DNA of 64,000 nucleotides, taken from assembly GCA_053919585.1 (NCBI GenBank), contig CM132790.1, one strand, 5' to 3'. The position numbers were made by a program, and so were the translations under genes. The stretch comes from Euprymna scolopes (lineage: Eukaryota). The notes below the pieces were generated by a model. The model made no database searches. It was not told where the DNA came from and saw only the letters and a list, made by a program, of their open reading frames with translations. Positions 39,997 to 52,997 of the stretch are shown here, in pieces (the stretch's first letter is position 1; each line of letters opens with the position of its first letter).

Positions 39997-40299
39997 GTTT
40001 GATAACATTTTGTGCATCAATTTTTTTATATTTTCAAATATTTATTCACAGCGTTGTGATCCGTTGTTTTGTTTGACTGCATATAAACTGTTTCCGAGTT
40101 ATTTAAGGCCGAATTTGAAGTGCTCTATACCTTTAAATATTTACTCATTGTGTTTGGTTTGAATTGTTTGTAGAGGATATTTTTTTTAATTTTTGGCTTT
40201 GCCGAAGAAAGAAACGACGAAGTGTAGAAATGAGAAAAAGAAAGGAAAAAAACCCAAAGCTTAATAGATACAAGAAAGGAGAGAAATCAACGAATAATA

Positions 40300-41926
40300 A
40301 AATAGAGAAACGAAAAAGGAAAAATAGAAAAACGAAAAAGGAAAAATAGAAAAACGAAAAAGGAAAAATAGAGAAACGAAAAAGGAAAAATAGAAAAACC
40401 AAAAAGGAAAAATAGAAAAACGAAAAAGGAAAAATAGAGAAACGAAAAAGGAAAAATAGAAAAACGAAAAAGGAAAAATAGAAAAACGAAAAAGGAAAAA
40501 TAGAGAAACGAAAAAGGAAAAATAGAAAAACCAAAAAGGAAAAATAGAAAAACCAAAAAGGAAAAATAGAGAAACGAAAAAGGAAAAATAGAAAAACCAA
40601 AAAGGAAAAATAGAAAAACCAAAAAGGAAAAATAGAAAAACCAAAACGGAAAAATAGAGAAACGAAAACAGAAAAATAGAAAAACGAAAAAGGAAAAATA
40701 GAAAAAGGAAAAAGGAAAATAGAAAAACGAAAAAGGAAAAATAGAAAAACGAAAAAGGAAAAATAGAAAAACGAAAAAAGAAAAATAGAAAAACGAAAAA
40801 GGAAAAATAGAAAAACGAAAAAGGAAAAATAGAAAAAGGAAAATAGAAAAACGAAAAAGGAAAAATAGAAAAACGAAAAAGGAAAAATAGAAAAAGGAAA
40901 ATAGTAAAACGAAAAAGGAAAAATAGAAAAATGAAAAATAGAAAAACGAAAAAGGAAAAATAGAAAAACGAAAAAGGAAAAATAGAAAAAGGAAAATAGA
41001 AAAACGAAAAAGGAAAAATAGAAAAACGAAAAAGGAAAAATAGAAAAAGGAAAACAGTAAAACGAAAAAGGAAAAATAGAAAAAGGAAAAATAGAAAAAG
41101 GAAAAATAGAAAAACGAAAAAGGAAAAATAGAAAAAGGAAAATAGTAAAACGAAAAAGGAAAAATAGAAAAACGAAAAAGGAAAAATAGAAAAAGGAAAA
41201 TAGTAAAACAAAAAAGGAAAAATAGAAAAATGAAAAATAGAAAAACGAAAAAGGAAAAATAGAAAAACGAAAAAGGAAAAATAGAAAAACGAAAAAGGAA
41301 AAATAGAAAAACGAAAAAGGAAAAATAGAAAAACGAAAAAGGAAAAATAGAAAAACGAAAATAGAAAAACGAAAAAGGAAAAATAGAAAAACCTAAAAGG
41401 AAAAATAGAAAAACGAAAAAGGAAAAATAGAGAAACGAAAAAGGAAAAATAGAAAAACCAAAAAGGAAAAATAGAAAAACGAAAAAAGAAAAATTGAAAA
41501 ACCAAAAAGGAAAAGTAGAAAAACGAAAAAGGAAAAATAGAGAAACGAAAAAGGAAAAATAGAGAAACGAAAAAGGAAAAATAGAAAAACGAAAAAGGAA
41601 AAATAGAAAAACCAAAAAGGAAAAATAGAAAAACCAAAAAGGAAAAAAAGAGAAACGAAAAAGGGAAAATAGAAAAACCAAAAAGGAAAAATAGAAAAAC
41701 GAAAAAGGAAAAAAAGAGAAACGAAAAAGGAAAAATAGAAAAACGAAAAAGGAAAAATAGAAAAACGAAAAAGGAAAAAAAGAGAAACGAAAAAGGAAAA
41801 ATAGAAAAACGAAAAAGGAAAAATAGAAAAACGAAAAAGGAAAAATAGAAAAACCAAAAAGGAAAAATAGAGAAACGAAATAGGAAAAATAGTAAAACGA
41901 AAAAGGAAAAATAGAAAAACGAAAAA
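40300..41926. repeat. 22-bp purine-rich minisatellite
   Basis: (gaaaaaggaaaaatagaaaaac)n with variants; source of the long Phe-rich minus ORFs. Confidence 0.95.
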
Positions 41927-42037
41927 CACACACAAAAAAGTAAAAGTTACACAGAAAGAAAAAAAATGAAATGCAAGAAAAAAGAAAAAGAAAATAAATT
42001 AATTTACAAAAGAATGAAATATCGAAAAAAGTGTAAA

Positions 42038-42467
42038 TCTATATATCTATAAAAGTGAACGTGTCTGTATGTCTGTGTGTGTGTCTGTGTGTGTGTGGGT
42101 GTCTGTGTACATTTCTCTACGCAATAACTCTGTCAATTTGATATTCAGGGTATTGAGATTTGGGAAAATCGATGTGATCGGTTTTCTGCCGGAAATTTGG
42201 CTGTTAAAGGGTCAAAGTTCAACGATTTGACCTTTGAGAACTCTACCAAACTCCTCCGACAATTTGGTGTATAAACACTTGAAATTTTAGATATATGTTC
42301 CTTGGACATGTATCTTACGTAATTACTTGATTTGAGCCAAAAACAATAAATGTTAAGGGGTCATAATAGGGGTAAAAGCTAAAAAAATTGCCTTTTTTTT
42401 TCTTTTTTTTTTTTTTTGCTCAGCATACCCCTCCAAACACCCAGGCAACGCCGGGCCGAAATGCTAG
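42038..42467 (+). mobile_element. Complete non-autonomous Helitron (~430 bp)
   Basis: A|TC start, cccaggcaacgccggg hairpin, CTAG|T end, no TSD; second partial copy at 46472-46722. Confidence 0.75.
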
Positions 42468-42971
42468 TTATAAAAAAAAGCAAAGAAAATAACGGAAAAA
42501 GTAAAAAAAGGAAAAGAATGAGAAAGAAAGACTGTAAGGAAAACAACGTAAAAACAAGCAGAGATCAATGATCAATATCTCCTCCTCATCCCGTTTATAC
42601 ACTATTGGTCATGCTGCAAAACCATTGTTCGCTGCTCTTGAAAAAAAACAAAAAACAAAAAAAAAAACTAGAAAAGAAAAGATAAAAGAAAAACATAGGC
42701 GTGGCTTGAGGTTGAAAGGGTGTGGGTGGAGGAGGCGAGAACGTCTCTTATTTTGCACGATCCAACATTTTTGAAAATACTGAATCTTTTCTGTCAGATA
42801 TAATTCTTGATTCGGACAAAGACGCAGACAGGAGTTTTAATCTGCTGTCATGAAAATATCTACGTTCGCGTGCGTCGCTTCTTCAGCCTATTCCTGATTC
42901 ACAGACTCTCAACGGTAAGGTGTACTTATAATGCGTGTAGACAAGGAATTAAGCAAAACACACACACACAC

Positions 42972-43042
<71 letters not shown>

Positions 43043-43389
43043 GTGTTCGGGGTAAAAACGCGATGGATCTTGAAACTGAACTAAAGACGTTTTCTCATAG
43101 CACAAATATTGTTGGACAAAANNNNNNNNNNNNNNNNNNNNNNNNNNNNNNNNNNNNNNNNNNNNNNNNNNNNNNNNNNNNNNNNNNNNNNNNNNNNNNN
43201 NNNNNNNNNNNNNNNNNNNNNNNNNNNNNNNNNNNNNNNNNNNNNNNNNNNNNGTTGACTGGGTTCAAAAACAGCCTACGGAAAATGGACTCTGATTTAT
43301 GAAAGTATGATAGGTTATGAAAAGGAAGGGTTGTAAAGAGATAGCTTCGAATTCGGAGGTATCAAAACCAAAGCAAAATATGATGAAAG

Positions 43390-43850
43390 TAAAAATAAAA
43401 TAGATAAAACCCATAATTTATTATACCATACCTGTTCACACTGAAACACTTATCAGAATATTCTGTGGATCTATATTAAAAACCCTTGTAAAACTTTGTG
43501 ACATATTTCCATTCTATGGAGGTCAGGCGCGAAGGAACACCCCATAGTTTTATTATACCATATTTCTTCAAGCTGAAACATAATTATCAAAGTATACTTA
43601 CGCAGATAGATATAAAAAGTCTTTATTAGAGTTTGTGCCTATTTCCATTCTATGGAGGCCAGGCGCGAACGCAGACCCCACAGTTTTATTACCCATCCCT
43701 ATTTAAGTTAAAACATACTTATCAAAGTATTATTATGTACATCTATATCAAAAACACTTGTAAACGTTTTTTTTTTTAATTTTTTAATTTTTTATTTCAA
43801 TACTTTGTGGACCAGGCGCAAACGCAGACCCCACAATTTTAATGAACCGC
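43390..43850. repeat. ~125-bp tandem repeat, ~3.5 copies
   Basis: Recurring tttccattctatggagg.caggcgcgaa..acccca.agtttt. Confidence 0.85.
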
Positions 43851-44014
43851 TGTTCTGCAGGATCAAACATACCCATTCCTGCGTCTCGATACATCTTCTA
43901 TCATTATATGCAATCAGTTTTTTTTTAAATAGTCAACCATATAGGAGCCTATTCTTGACCACACACGCACACTCACACACACGCACACTAACACACACAC
44001 ATTCAGCTTTATAT

Positions 44015-44058
<44 letters not shown>

Positions 44059-44194
44059 CTATTTAAATATGTATGAATAAAAAATCAATACGAAAAATAT
44101 ATAAATGTTTATATATTTTCTGTATTTATTTCCTATGTGTTGACGTGTCGGAATACAAAAAGTCTCTAAAAAAACAAAAATGTTTTCTTCAAAA

Positions 44195-44262
<68 letters not shown>

Positions 44263-44706
44263 TAGATGCACCTACACAGAATTGTCCGGTAGTATATTGT
44301 TCTTCGCTTATTACTAGGGCTACGACAATACCATGTAAAATGTGTATCCGTTGATATCTTATATGTTTTTATATAGAGTGATGTGGCTCTCAGCTGATTA
44401 ACTGTGTCCAACTGTGTTGGATATAAAATCGAGAGTCAAAACAATGAAAATAATATTTTGTTGTCATGGCCCTTCTTATTATATATCTTTGGAGGAAAAG
44501 TAGCGAGAAGCGAAATAAATAATATGAAATTAGATTCAATTTGTTTTCTATTTTTTTTATAAATAATAATTTCTTAATAGAATGCGCGTATCTCTTCCTA
44601 AATGGACATTGATGTTACTGATATGTGTACTACTACTGCTACTACTACTACTACTACTAATAATAATAATAATAATATTAATAATAATAATAATAATAAT
44701 AATAAC

Positions 44707-45130
44707 AGCTTATAACTGAGATTAAAATACACAGAGGGATCCTTCAAATTAATTCTCCATCACTACCACTCTTCATTATAGACATGATACCCCTGAATAA
44801 TATGCTAAGAAAATGCCAAGCCAGGTACAAGGTCAGTAATATAGATGAAAGAAGGAACCATCTAATGTACAAGGATGACCTGAAACTATTAGCAAAAAGA
44901 AAGACAAAACTAGAAATGCTAATAAACACAACCAGAATTTTTAGACAAGATATCCGAATATAATTCGGTATGGAAAAGTACGCACTGCTTACCATGCGGA
45001 GGAGAAAACTGGAAGCAACCGAAGGTATGGTACGACCACGACCAAACAATGATAAAAACACTAGGTGAACATGATAACTACAAATACTTGTGAGCTCTGG
45101 AAGCGGACAGTATCAAAGAAACTGAACATG
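44707..45130 (+). mobile_element. Dong/R4-clade non-LTR RT fragment
   Basis: IHRGILQ, LFIIDMIPL..NHLMYKDDLKLLAK..FRQDIRI*FGMEKYA; directly follows (TAC)n(AAT)n. Confidence 0.8.
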
Positions 45131-45467
45131 CATTTATTAACAATGTAGATATAATAAATCTCACATAATATATTAAATACTGACGATAAAAAACCTCAAT
45201 AGTTAAGAGATAAAGTTATAAAAATGTTTCCCATTATAATTCGGTAGATTATAACATTTAGAGTGGCTAGAAATTTTAAATATTTATGATCAATCTTTGA
45301 AAATTAAGACCTCATAATGTTTATCTATATGCAAATGCGTTTTAAAATTATTCTTTTATCAATATTTCATTAAAAAAATTCAAAATAGTTTAAGGTTTTC
45401 ATCATCAGAATATAGTTATTATTTATTACAATTCAGATAATTTCCAGTTATCGTCTCAAAATCTTTG

Positions 45468-45522
<55 letters not shown>

Positions 45523-45526
<4 letters not shown>

Positions 45527-45643
45527 GGGAGAACTGCCGTCTGTCAAAACGACGGTCCTAGGTTCAATCCTTGGCTTGGGAGAGATGCTAGTCTAGCGGC
45601 ACTGATGAGTTGTGATACAACGAAACAGGACTATATGTCGATG

Positions 45644-45650
<7 letters not shown>
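45523..45650 (+). mobile_element. tRNA-like SINE fragment carrying a hammerhead ribozyme
   Basis: B-box ggttcaatcc at 45561-45570; HHR at 45589-45647; embedded in (TA)n on both sides. Confidence 0.6.
45589..45647 (+). ncRNA. Type I hammerhead ribozyme
   Basis: TAGTC ta g CGGCA CTGATGA GTTGT gat ACAAC GAAA cAG ga CTa TA TGTCG at GACTA; one stem III mismatch. Confidence 0.75.
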
Positions 45651-45692
<42 letters not shown>

Positions 45693-45779
45693 CTTTTATT
45701 ATTATTAAATGCAACGGAGACACTTTGCTTTATGATTCTTTTTTAATTAATTTATTTATTTAAAAATTTATTTATTTAT

Positions 45780-45930
45780 TTAAAAATCGCGCTAAAATGA
45801 TATCACCCACAAAAAAGCATTACCAACTAAAATAAAAAAACATTAAACAAGTACTCATCAATAATCATTTTCCTAATTACATTGTTGATGAACAAATAAA
45901 ACGAATGCTACACTCCCTTAAAACCCCCAA
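45780..45930 (+). mobile_element. PLE RT thumb-region fragment
   Basis: NRAKMISP...NIKQVLINNHFPNYIVDEQIKRML parallels ALMICS..ITNIFLSNGYPINII in the 58671 ORF. Confidence 0.6.
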
Positions 45931-46471
45931 TAATAATATTAGTCAACACCGCAATGCAAACTTTGGTGATTTGACGAGAACCGGTGTGTCAAGGCGATTA
46001 AGCCGACATACTGTTATTATAACTACTTTCAGACATACTACTATGATAATTACATTTACAACTGATTCGAATGTGTTATTTAAAAAAAAAATAATCAATA
46101 TATATTTCAATATCATTTTGAAAACTGCGATACTTATTAAAAACTGCCTTGAATTAATTGCATTGAATGTTTTAATTAAATTTACTAGAAAAAATATGGT
46201 GATTGTCTTATAGTAATACATTTTGATACTTAACTAGCCATAATATATATCTCTACGTTCCTCTGTCTGTCCGTTCCATCTTTTTTCGGAAACTACTCGG
46301 TCGCTCTGACTTAAATTCGTTATGGATTTTTATACGACAAGGCGCAGCGAACTAAGTAATATAATATTTGTTCGATGTGCAGTTATGTATTAATAGGGAC
46401 TAGTCAACACAACACGCTAGTTCTGAATAAACGGGTTATAAGTTAAAGGGTTGAAAAGTCTAGTATTGTTA

Positions 46472-46722
46472 TATTTATATATCTATAAAAGTCTGTGTGT
46501 GTACATTTCCCTACCAAACTACTCTGTCAATTTTCAGTCTACAGACTCGAGATTATATATAAAGGGTATTGAGTTTGAAGAAAATCTTTTTAATCGATTT
46601 TCGGCCAGAAATTTGGCTGTCAAAGGGCCAACGTTCAACGATTTGACCTTTGAAAACTCTACCAAACTCCTCCATCAATTTTTGGTCTAAACAATTGACA
46701 TTTTAGATGCAGGTTACTTGGA
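46472..46722 (+). mobile_element. Partial copy of the 42038 Helitron
   Basis: Shared aaatttggctgt.aaaggg..gttcaacgatttgacctttga.aactctaccaaactcctcc. Confidence 0.8.
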
Positions 46723-47710
46723 CCCGTGATAAGTATATAATCTAGGATCGAACAAAACAATACTTCAGCCTGAACTCAACAAAGCCAGTATTGGACAAGG
46801 ACGTAGTAAGGTTTCCAGTAATTGGTGAAGGTTTTACAATAAAAAAATCACCGGTTTGTGGTCAGTCATTCAACCAATTTACGGCTAGATATTTTAATTA
46901 GACTCTTGTACCATGTTCCTAATCTACTACGTACTTGCAAATCTTACCTTTTTGGCTAATCTGTTTGAAGTCCAAGGAATTAAACGCTGGTGGTGAGATC
47001 TATTAGATACTTGGTTTGTCTGGTACAATCACATAGTAAAGGTAGAAGAGATAGTGCCTTTTTAGCCGTCACTTTTCAAGAAAGACTAAACTCGAGTAGG
47101 TCCTTGAGAGGCTTCTTGCTGATTGTGCGAAGTGAACTTTCAAGTGCTATATTGCGCATTGATCTGTGGTCTATCCTGTATCTCAGGCATAGATGATGGG
47201 CGGATGTTCATGATTTGGCTTTAGGTTCGAGGATTTCGCCTTAGAATTTATACCAGTCAGTCAAAAGATGGTGGTTCATTATATTAAGCATTTCCATGAC
47301 TTAAAAATAGTGAGTAAATCCAATATTCATGTAATACTAACAAGGCTACTCGATGTTTTCGGGGCATATATCGTCAAATAAGATGGTTTAAAAAAGTGCG
47401 TGAAACATATCTATTTTAAATATTCTACCTTGCTTTATCACCCTTTCTGACTAATCAGTTACATACTCCTCTTACTATTTCTCTCGCTGACAATTTGTTT
47501 AATATTATAGCAAGAAGGAAAAATGAAAAAAAATGATTGGCACTGCGACATTGTTTCAGTGTTGTTTTTTTGGATAACTAATATTCCCAAACATGGCTCA
47601 TGGTGAATTGAAATTAATACATATTACAACATTTATTTTAGGCTAACCAAGTTAAGATCAAATTGAATTCAATGGTTTTGTTCGATCCTAGATTATATAC
47701 TTATCACTGG
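46723..47710. mobile_element. ~990-bp DNA transposon with ~35-bp TIRs, superfamily unassigned
   Basis: gtgataagtatataatctaggatcgaacaaaac and its exact reverse complement at 47675-47707. Confidence 0.85.
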
Positions 47711-48429
47711 CTTTACTTTCTTTACTTACTTTATAGGCCAGAATACACTTCATCTAGTACTACTTATTTGCCGCAAAAATTATAAATAATATCATCGCGA
47801 ATTACTGAAAGTTTGTATTTTTTTAAATATTACGTATTTGCATTTTATTAAATGGACTGTCTCTCAAGTAACATACGCATTTTTATATACTTACACATGT
47901 TCACTTTTCGCGCCTACTCGTTTGCTTCTTAAATGCAAGAACTTCGTAATAGATTTAAGAACTTCGGAAATCAATTTTTATATTTGCTGCGCATCCAATG
48001 GTTTTGGTATTCAATCTGCGTAAGATAAAAAAAAAATCGAAAAGAAAACAAAAGAAGATCGGATGTATGTTCACATTGTCGCACACATTTCGAAAGCAAT
48101 AATCCATACAACGAATGCGGCTGAGATAATCCGACAAGAGATAATCAATCTGTTGATTTCTCAGTCCAGATTCATTTCGAGAAAAAGTCGGAAAATCTCT
48201 TAAGTTAGCCAACAAGCCTTGGTATGCATAACTCACTTCTTCAGTCGATATAAATCCAAATCTATCTCATACAAGCGTAAAGAATGACTATATAATGCCA
48301 ATCAAAAGAATTGGGTTATCTTAAATTTTTTTCTTTTTCTTATATATTGTTATTTTAAATCTGGCAAGTTAAATACAACAATGGTTTTATTTATATCAAT
48401 ATACCAAGTATAAGTCTTACGAAGTAATA

Positions 48430-48637
48430 CAGGGTGTCTCAAAAGAAGCTTACGTGTTTGAAATTTAAATTCAACTGAAATTACCACTCTATGATAAATA
48501 TCAACTCCTTGGTGGTGTAATGACATGATGACTTTAGTAGGGTTAATCTAGAAGCTCTGACATATTTTTTCGCTAGTTTGATGCTTCTATTGTTCTATCT
48601 TATATTTGATCAATTCAGTTTCTTTTGGGGCACCCTA
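48430..48637. mobile_element. Tc1/mariner-type MITE
   Basis: TA-cagggtgtctcaaaagaagct ... agtttcttttggggcacccta-TA. Confidence 0.75.
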
Positions 48638-49562
48638 TATATTTATTACAACTTGAACCATAAAAATACTTCTTAAACGTTGTAGTGATTCAAGCAGTCA
48701 TTTTTACAGATTCTAGGCATACCATCTAATTAAGAATACGGGTAGACTGCAGATAGTTGTGCCTAGCTTCCATGTCTGTTGGGAATGGGTGTAAAGTCAT
48801 ATAGCCTGACAGAAAGAGAGTGTGTGTGTGAGAGAGAGAGAGAGCGAGAGAGAGAATGAGAGAGGGAGAGAGTGTGGGGTTGATAATAGAGATAAGTCCC
48901 ATTTAGCTTTGAATAATGCACGTGATAGCTTAGAGTTTGAGATGCCGGGATATAACGTAATCACACAGTAATTATTCACATCTGCCCCCTCCTTCCCCGG
49001 TACACTGCTCAGTGATTTGGAAGAACAACAAAGCGAATAAACAACGTCTATTCTTCAAGCGTTTACTTTGTTTTGGATTTATTTTTGGAGTATGAACGAA
49101 CATATTCGCAGGCTGCGTTCTCGGTCATGCAATGTCACTGTAAAATGTGAATGGCTAGGATGTAATGTACGTTCATACATTTTAATTGTTTTTGAATTGC
49201 GAAATATTAGACCTTATTAGGTAGATGTAGGTATGTATATATCGGTGTATATGTATAGATGTAGGTATATATATATTTATATATATGTTTGTTTGTGTGT
49301 GTGTGTGTGTCCTGTCAAATACATCCTTCCTTTTCAAATAGTGACTGTACAACAAGACGTTTAAACAGGAGTTGTATTTTTTACTCCGCGACTCATGTTG
49401 CCACAGCTTTTCGCAAGGACTGTTCCACAAACAAATGTCAACAGTCTCGTACTAATTAAATGAACTTTACCCTTTTCATCCAATTCTCAATGAGTTATTT
49501 CTTCTTAAAGATGAGGAAAGCTCTCGAATTATAGAATGATTTGCACTGTTAAGTCTGAATTA

Positions 49563-50480
49563 CTTTTTTTTTACTAATGAGTCGCCGTTTCTAAACGACC
49601 CAAGAGAACTCGAAAATAAGTGTTAATGGATCCGCGCGATGGATAAAGAGACAAACAACTTGAGGATTAGAGATGTGCAGACTTTGATGATTTGAGAGGA
49701 GGACTAAACTGAAATTGCTTAGCATTGGAATTGAAAACGACAACGTTGCAGTCAACTGGTAAGCAGATCCGTGGTATTGTGTTCGATAGACAAGTGGTTC
49801 ATGGAAAGAATCCCTGCTTGTGGAAGTTCTGTTTATCTCCAAGTAAATAAAAAAGAGAGGAACATTTCATAGAGTGACGAGTGTGTAACTAGATGCGTTT
49901 TTGATGTGAATGTTTTATAAAAGATGCATAGATTAGAACTTAGTCCTCCATTAAATATAAAAAATAACGATAAAGTAGAGAAAGGCTAGCGTCCTTTTTT
50001 TGTGATAAAACGGATGTAGAAGAATAAAAGAGAACACCCGCTTAATAGTCTAGAAAGTATATTTTGTACTTTAGAAACGGTAGTAGAGAGTTTTGAGCGG
50101 ATTTTGGTAATACTACCCAATTTCAGAACGTGGTAGAAAGTTGTATGTCTCTACTACGCGTCATTCAGTTACATTGTAACAGAGCGCGTATGAGCGCAAA
50201 GGAAAATATGAGCAGGTGCTCTAATATATCCGGCTTGCCCCCCAAAAAAGCACATAAGCAAATTAGGCGAGATAAAAAAGAAATATGATACTACGTGGTC
50301 GGGAGAAGAAAAAAATGCGGTTGAGAAAGATGGACGTTTAAACTAGAGGACTAAAAATGGCGTGCAATGAAGCAGAAAGAGGATTGCCAACCAGGTGAGA
50401 TGGACATGTGGCCCTGCAGAGAGAGACTTTTAAGCAGGTGTCGAGATGGGGAGAAAGAAAAACGATAATAAATAACTTGT
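49563..50480 (-). mobile_element. Old LINE family A-related 3' fragment
   Basis: Minus translation FHKQGFFP*TTCL..CLPVDCNVVVFNSNAKQF parallels FHEQSFFLRTARL..CFPADYNMVVFKSNVKKF; poly-A at 49565. Confidence 0.65.
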
Positions 50481-51105
50481 GTTAAAAAGAAAGAAAAACG
50501 AGTCGTGTTTTTTTTATTTATTTATTTTTGTTTGTTTGTTTGTTTTTCTTACGGTACCCACGTTACAGTATGCTATAAATCTCAGTTTTATGCGATTTAG
50601 ATGAACATATATTTCTACTGGTTGATGTTTGCTTATTGTAATTGCTTTTGCCACACCGCTAGCAATCGCTTTAAACATTTTGTCATGCCCCCTACGGTAC
50701 TCAAGGGCAAATGGCAGCTGCTAAGGACATGTAATAATAATTCCGTGCCCGACATCTATACAATTGGGGGAGTCTCACACTTCCCATATATTTAGACTAG
50801 AGGGGCTCAGTAGGACGTCGTACGCATGGGAAGAGAAAGCTAATTGAAAGAGTGAACCAGGAAATGTTATTTAGTTCTAATTCTTCACATTTCATTCATG
50901 CGGCTGCTGATTCACGATGACCATCTGGCAGGGAAGAGGGAAGAGACTTTATGAAAAGAATGTCCAAAGTTATTAGAAACAATTGTCTGAATTTTAAAGA
51001 AATTTGGCTTCCAATATATGTTGCCTTGGGTCTTTTCTGTTTTCTTTAGCTCGGCATTATCATCATCACTCTAAACATCATTACCACCACCGACATCATC
51101 ACCAC

Positions 51106-51168
<63 letters not shown>

Positions 51169-51198
51169 AAGAAGAAGAAGAAGAAAATAATAATAATT
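51106..51198. repeat. (AAT)n(AAG)n microsatellite
   Basis: Direct read. Confidence 0.95.
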
Positions 51199-51235
51199 AC
51201 TAGTTATAAGTCAGCATCAGTGTAACAGTAGTAGT

Positions 51236-51613
51236 GGAATTGAAAACGACCACGTTGCAGTCAACTGGTAAGCAGATCCGTGGTATTGTGTATGACAGAC
51301 GGATAGTTCATGGAAAGAATCTCTGCTTGTGGAAGTTCTGTTTATCTCCAAGTAAACAAAAAGATGAAGAAAACTTAAATGCAGTGGCTAGTGTGTAACT
51401 AGATACGTTTTTGCTGTGAATGTTGTACAGAAGATGCATAGGTTAGAATTAAGTCCACCATTTAATATACAAAAAGAAATACAAAAAAGATAGAATAGTG
51501 GAAGAGAACGCCCGCTTAGCAGTCAAGAAAGTACATTTTGTACTTTAGAAAAACATGAGAGAGTTTGCAGCGGATGTGACAATACTACTCAATTTTAGGA
51601 CGTGATAGAAAGC
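51236..51613 (-). mobile_element. Duplicate of LINE segment 49727-50140
   Basis: Shared gttgcagtcaactggtaagcagatccgtggtattgtg and downstream sequence. Confidence 0.8.
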
Positions 51614-51746
51614 TATCTTCGGCCAATATTCGTTTCGAGACGAATATTGGCCGAAGAGAGCTTGATAAGATACCTTAAATGGTTCTTATTATAGGGCTTG
51701 AAACCGACGGTACCAATGATTTGTCTCATCTAACAACTTTCTGTAC

Positions 51747-51809
<63 letters not shown>

Positions 51810-52486
51810 CCTTTCTAATTACTATCGTAAAAATGACAAACAAATATGTGGGCAAATATATGCCGACAGCAACAGAATGTTTTAGAAAGGAATTTTTCTT
51901 TGTAAAGTCTCATTTGACTTTATAGGGTAAATTCAAGGTTATTTTTTCTACACCGTGACAAGATCGTCTACAGTTTTATCTACATTCATTACTTCGGTTG
52001 CTTCCATTTAATCTACTTTTGTCTCTCCACGTTCTTTTCTTCGAAAGCGTTCTTAACCGGGACTCGATTTCTAGTAGGTACTATTCGATGTTTTGGTTTC
52101 AAAATATTTATGACAATCTATAAAATTCCTGCGAGGAGGCTGTCTCAAGAGATCGATAAGTTTATTAATAGGTAATTCCATCTTCTTCTGTTCTGGCATG
52201 CGGACAATTTGCTATTGTGCTTTGGTATCAGTTAAGTGCCATTCTAGGTTTGCTGTTCAGCTGTGCCTATTCAATGTAATTTCTCTCTCCATTTTCGACT
52301 CTGTCTTGTTCTATTCTGGGCACGCAACCAATAACAGGCCGAGTCGTTCTTACGCGCACTTCTTCGATCGAGTGATTTCTTCCACAGTTCATTTTATGTT
52401 TTATTTACGTTTTTTAAAATCATCCTTCCTCCCATTTCTCTCCACCCCCTTTAACTCCTCTCTCTTTCTCACTCTCTCTCTATCTT

Positions 52487-52521
<35 letters not shown>

Positions 52522-52840
52522 GTATGCATCCAAATCACATTACTTTAATTTTGCTCCGTTTTCTTATCTACCAAAGGTTCAAACCTTTTTGTAAAATATT
52601 GTTTTATGTTCTAGAAATTCTTTTATTTCTACCGCATTCTACCTCTTTCTATTTCTTTCTCTCTTTCTCTTTCCCTCTCTCTTTCCCTCCCTCTCTCTAT
52701 CTCTCTCTCCTTTCTGAACCTTACGCTTATTTCTTCAATCGATCTATCTTTCTCCAGTTCATTTTCATGTCATGTTTATTTTTTCCAATTTTCCTCCTCC
52801 TTCTTCCCTCTCTCTTTTACTCTCTCTGTTTCTCGATCTC

Positions 52841-52878
<38 letters not shown>

Positions 52879-52879
<1 letters not shown>

Positions 52880-52997
52880 AATAAATGACAAAAGTCTATA
52901 TTCCAAAGCTCATGATGCTGATCGTCTTACAATTTATTCCTTAAATTCAGTTGACATTTACAATTCTTGACAGTATGTTTTGTAGCACAAAGTCAAA
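52879..52997. mobile_element. Truncated copy of the 20461 MITE
   Basis: aatgacaaaagtctatatt...ttcagttgaca...gtagcacaaa. Confidence 0.75.

Noticed and set aside
40145-41935. Long Phe-rich ORFs as membrane proteins
   Set aside because: Pure translation of a 22-bp minisatellite
42855-42895. Minus-strand CTGAAGA a GCG..CGC GAACGTA
   Set aside because: GAAA box incomplete and proximal stem I mismatched; at best a decayed relic
51660-51716. GAAACCGACGGTA stem III-like motif
   Set aside because: No CTGANGA core or stem I
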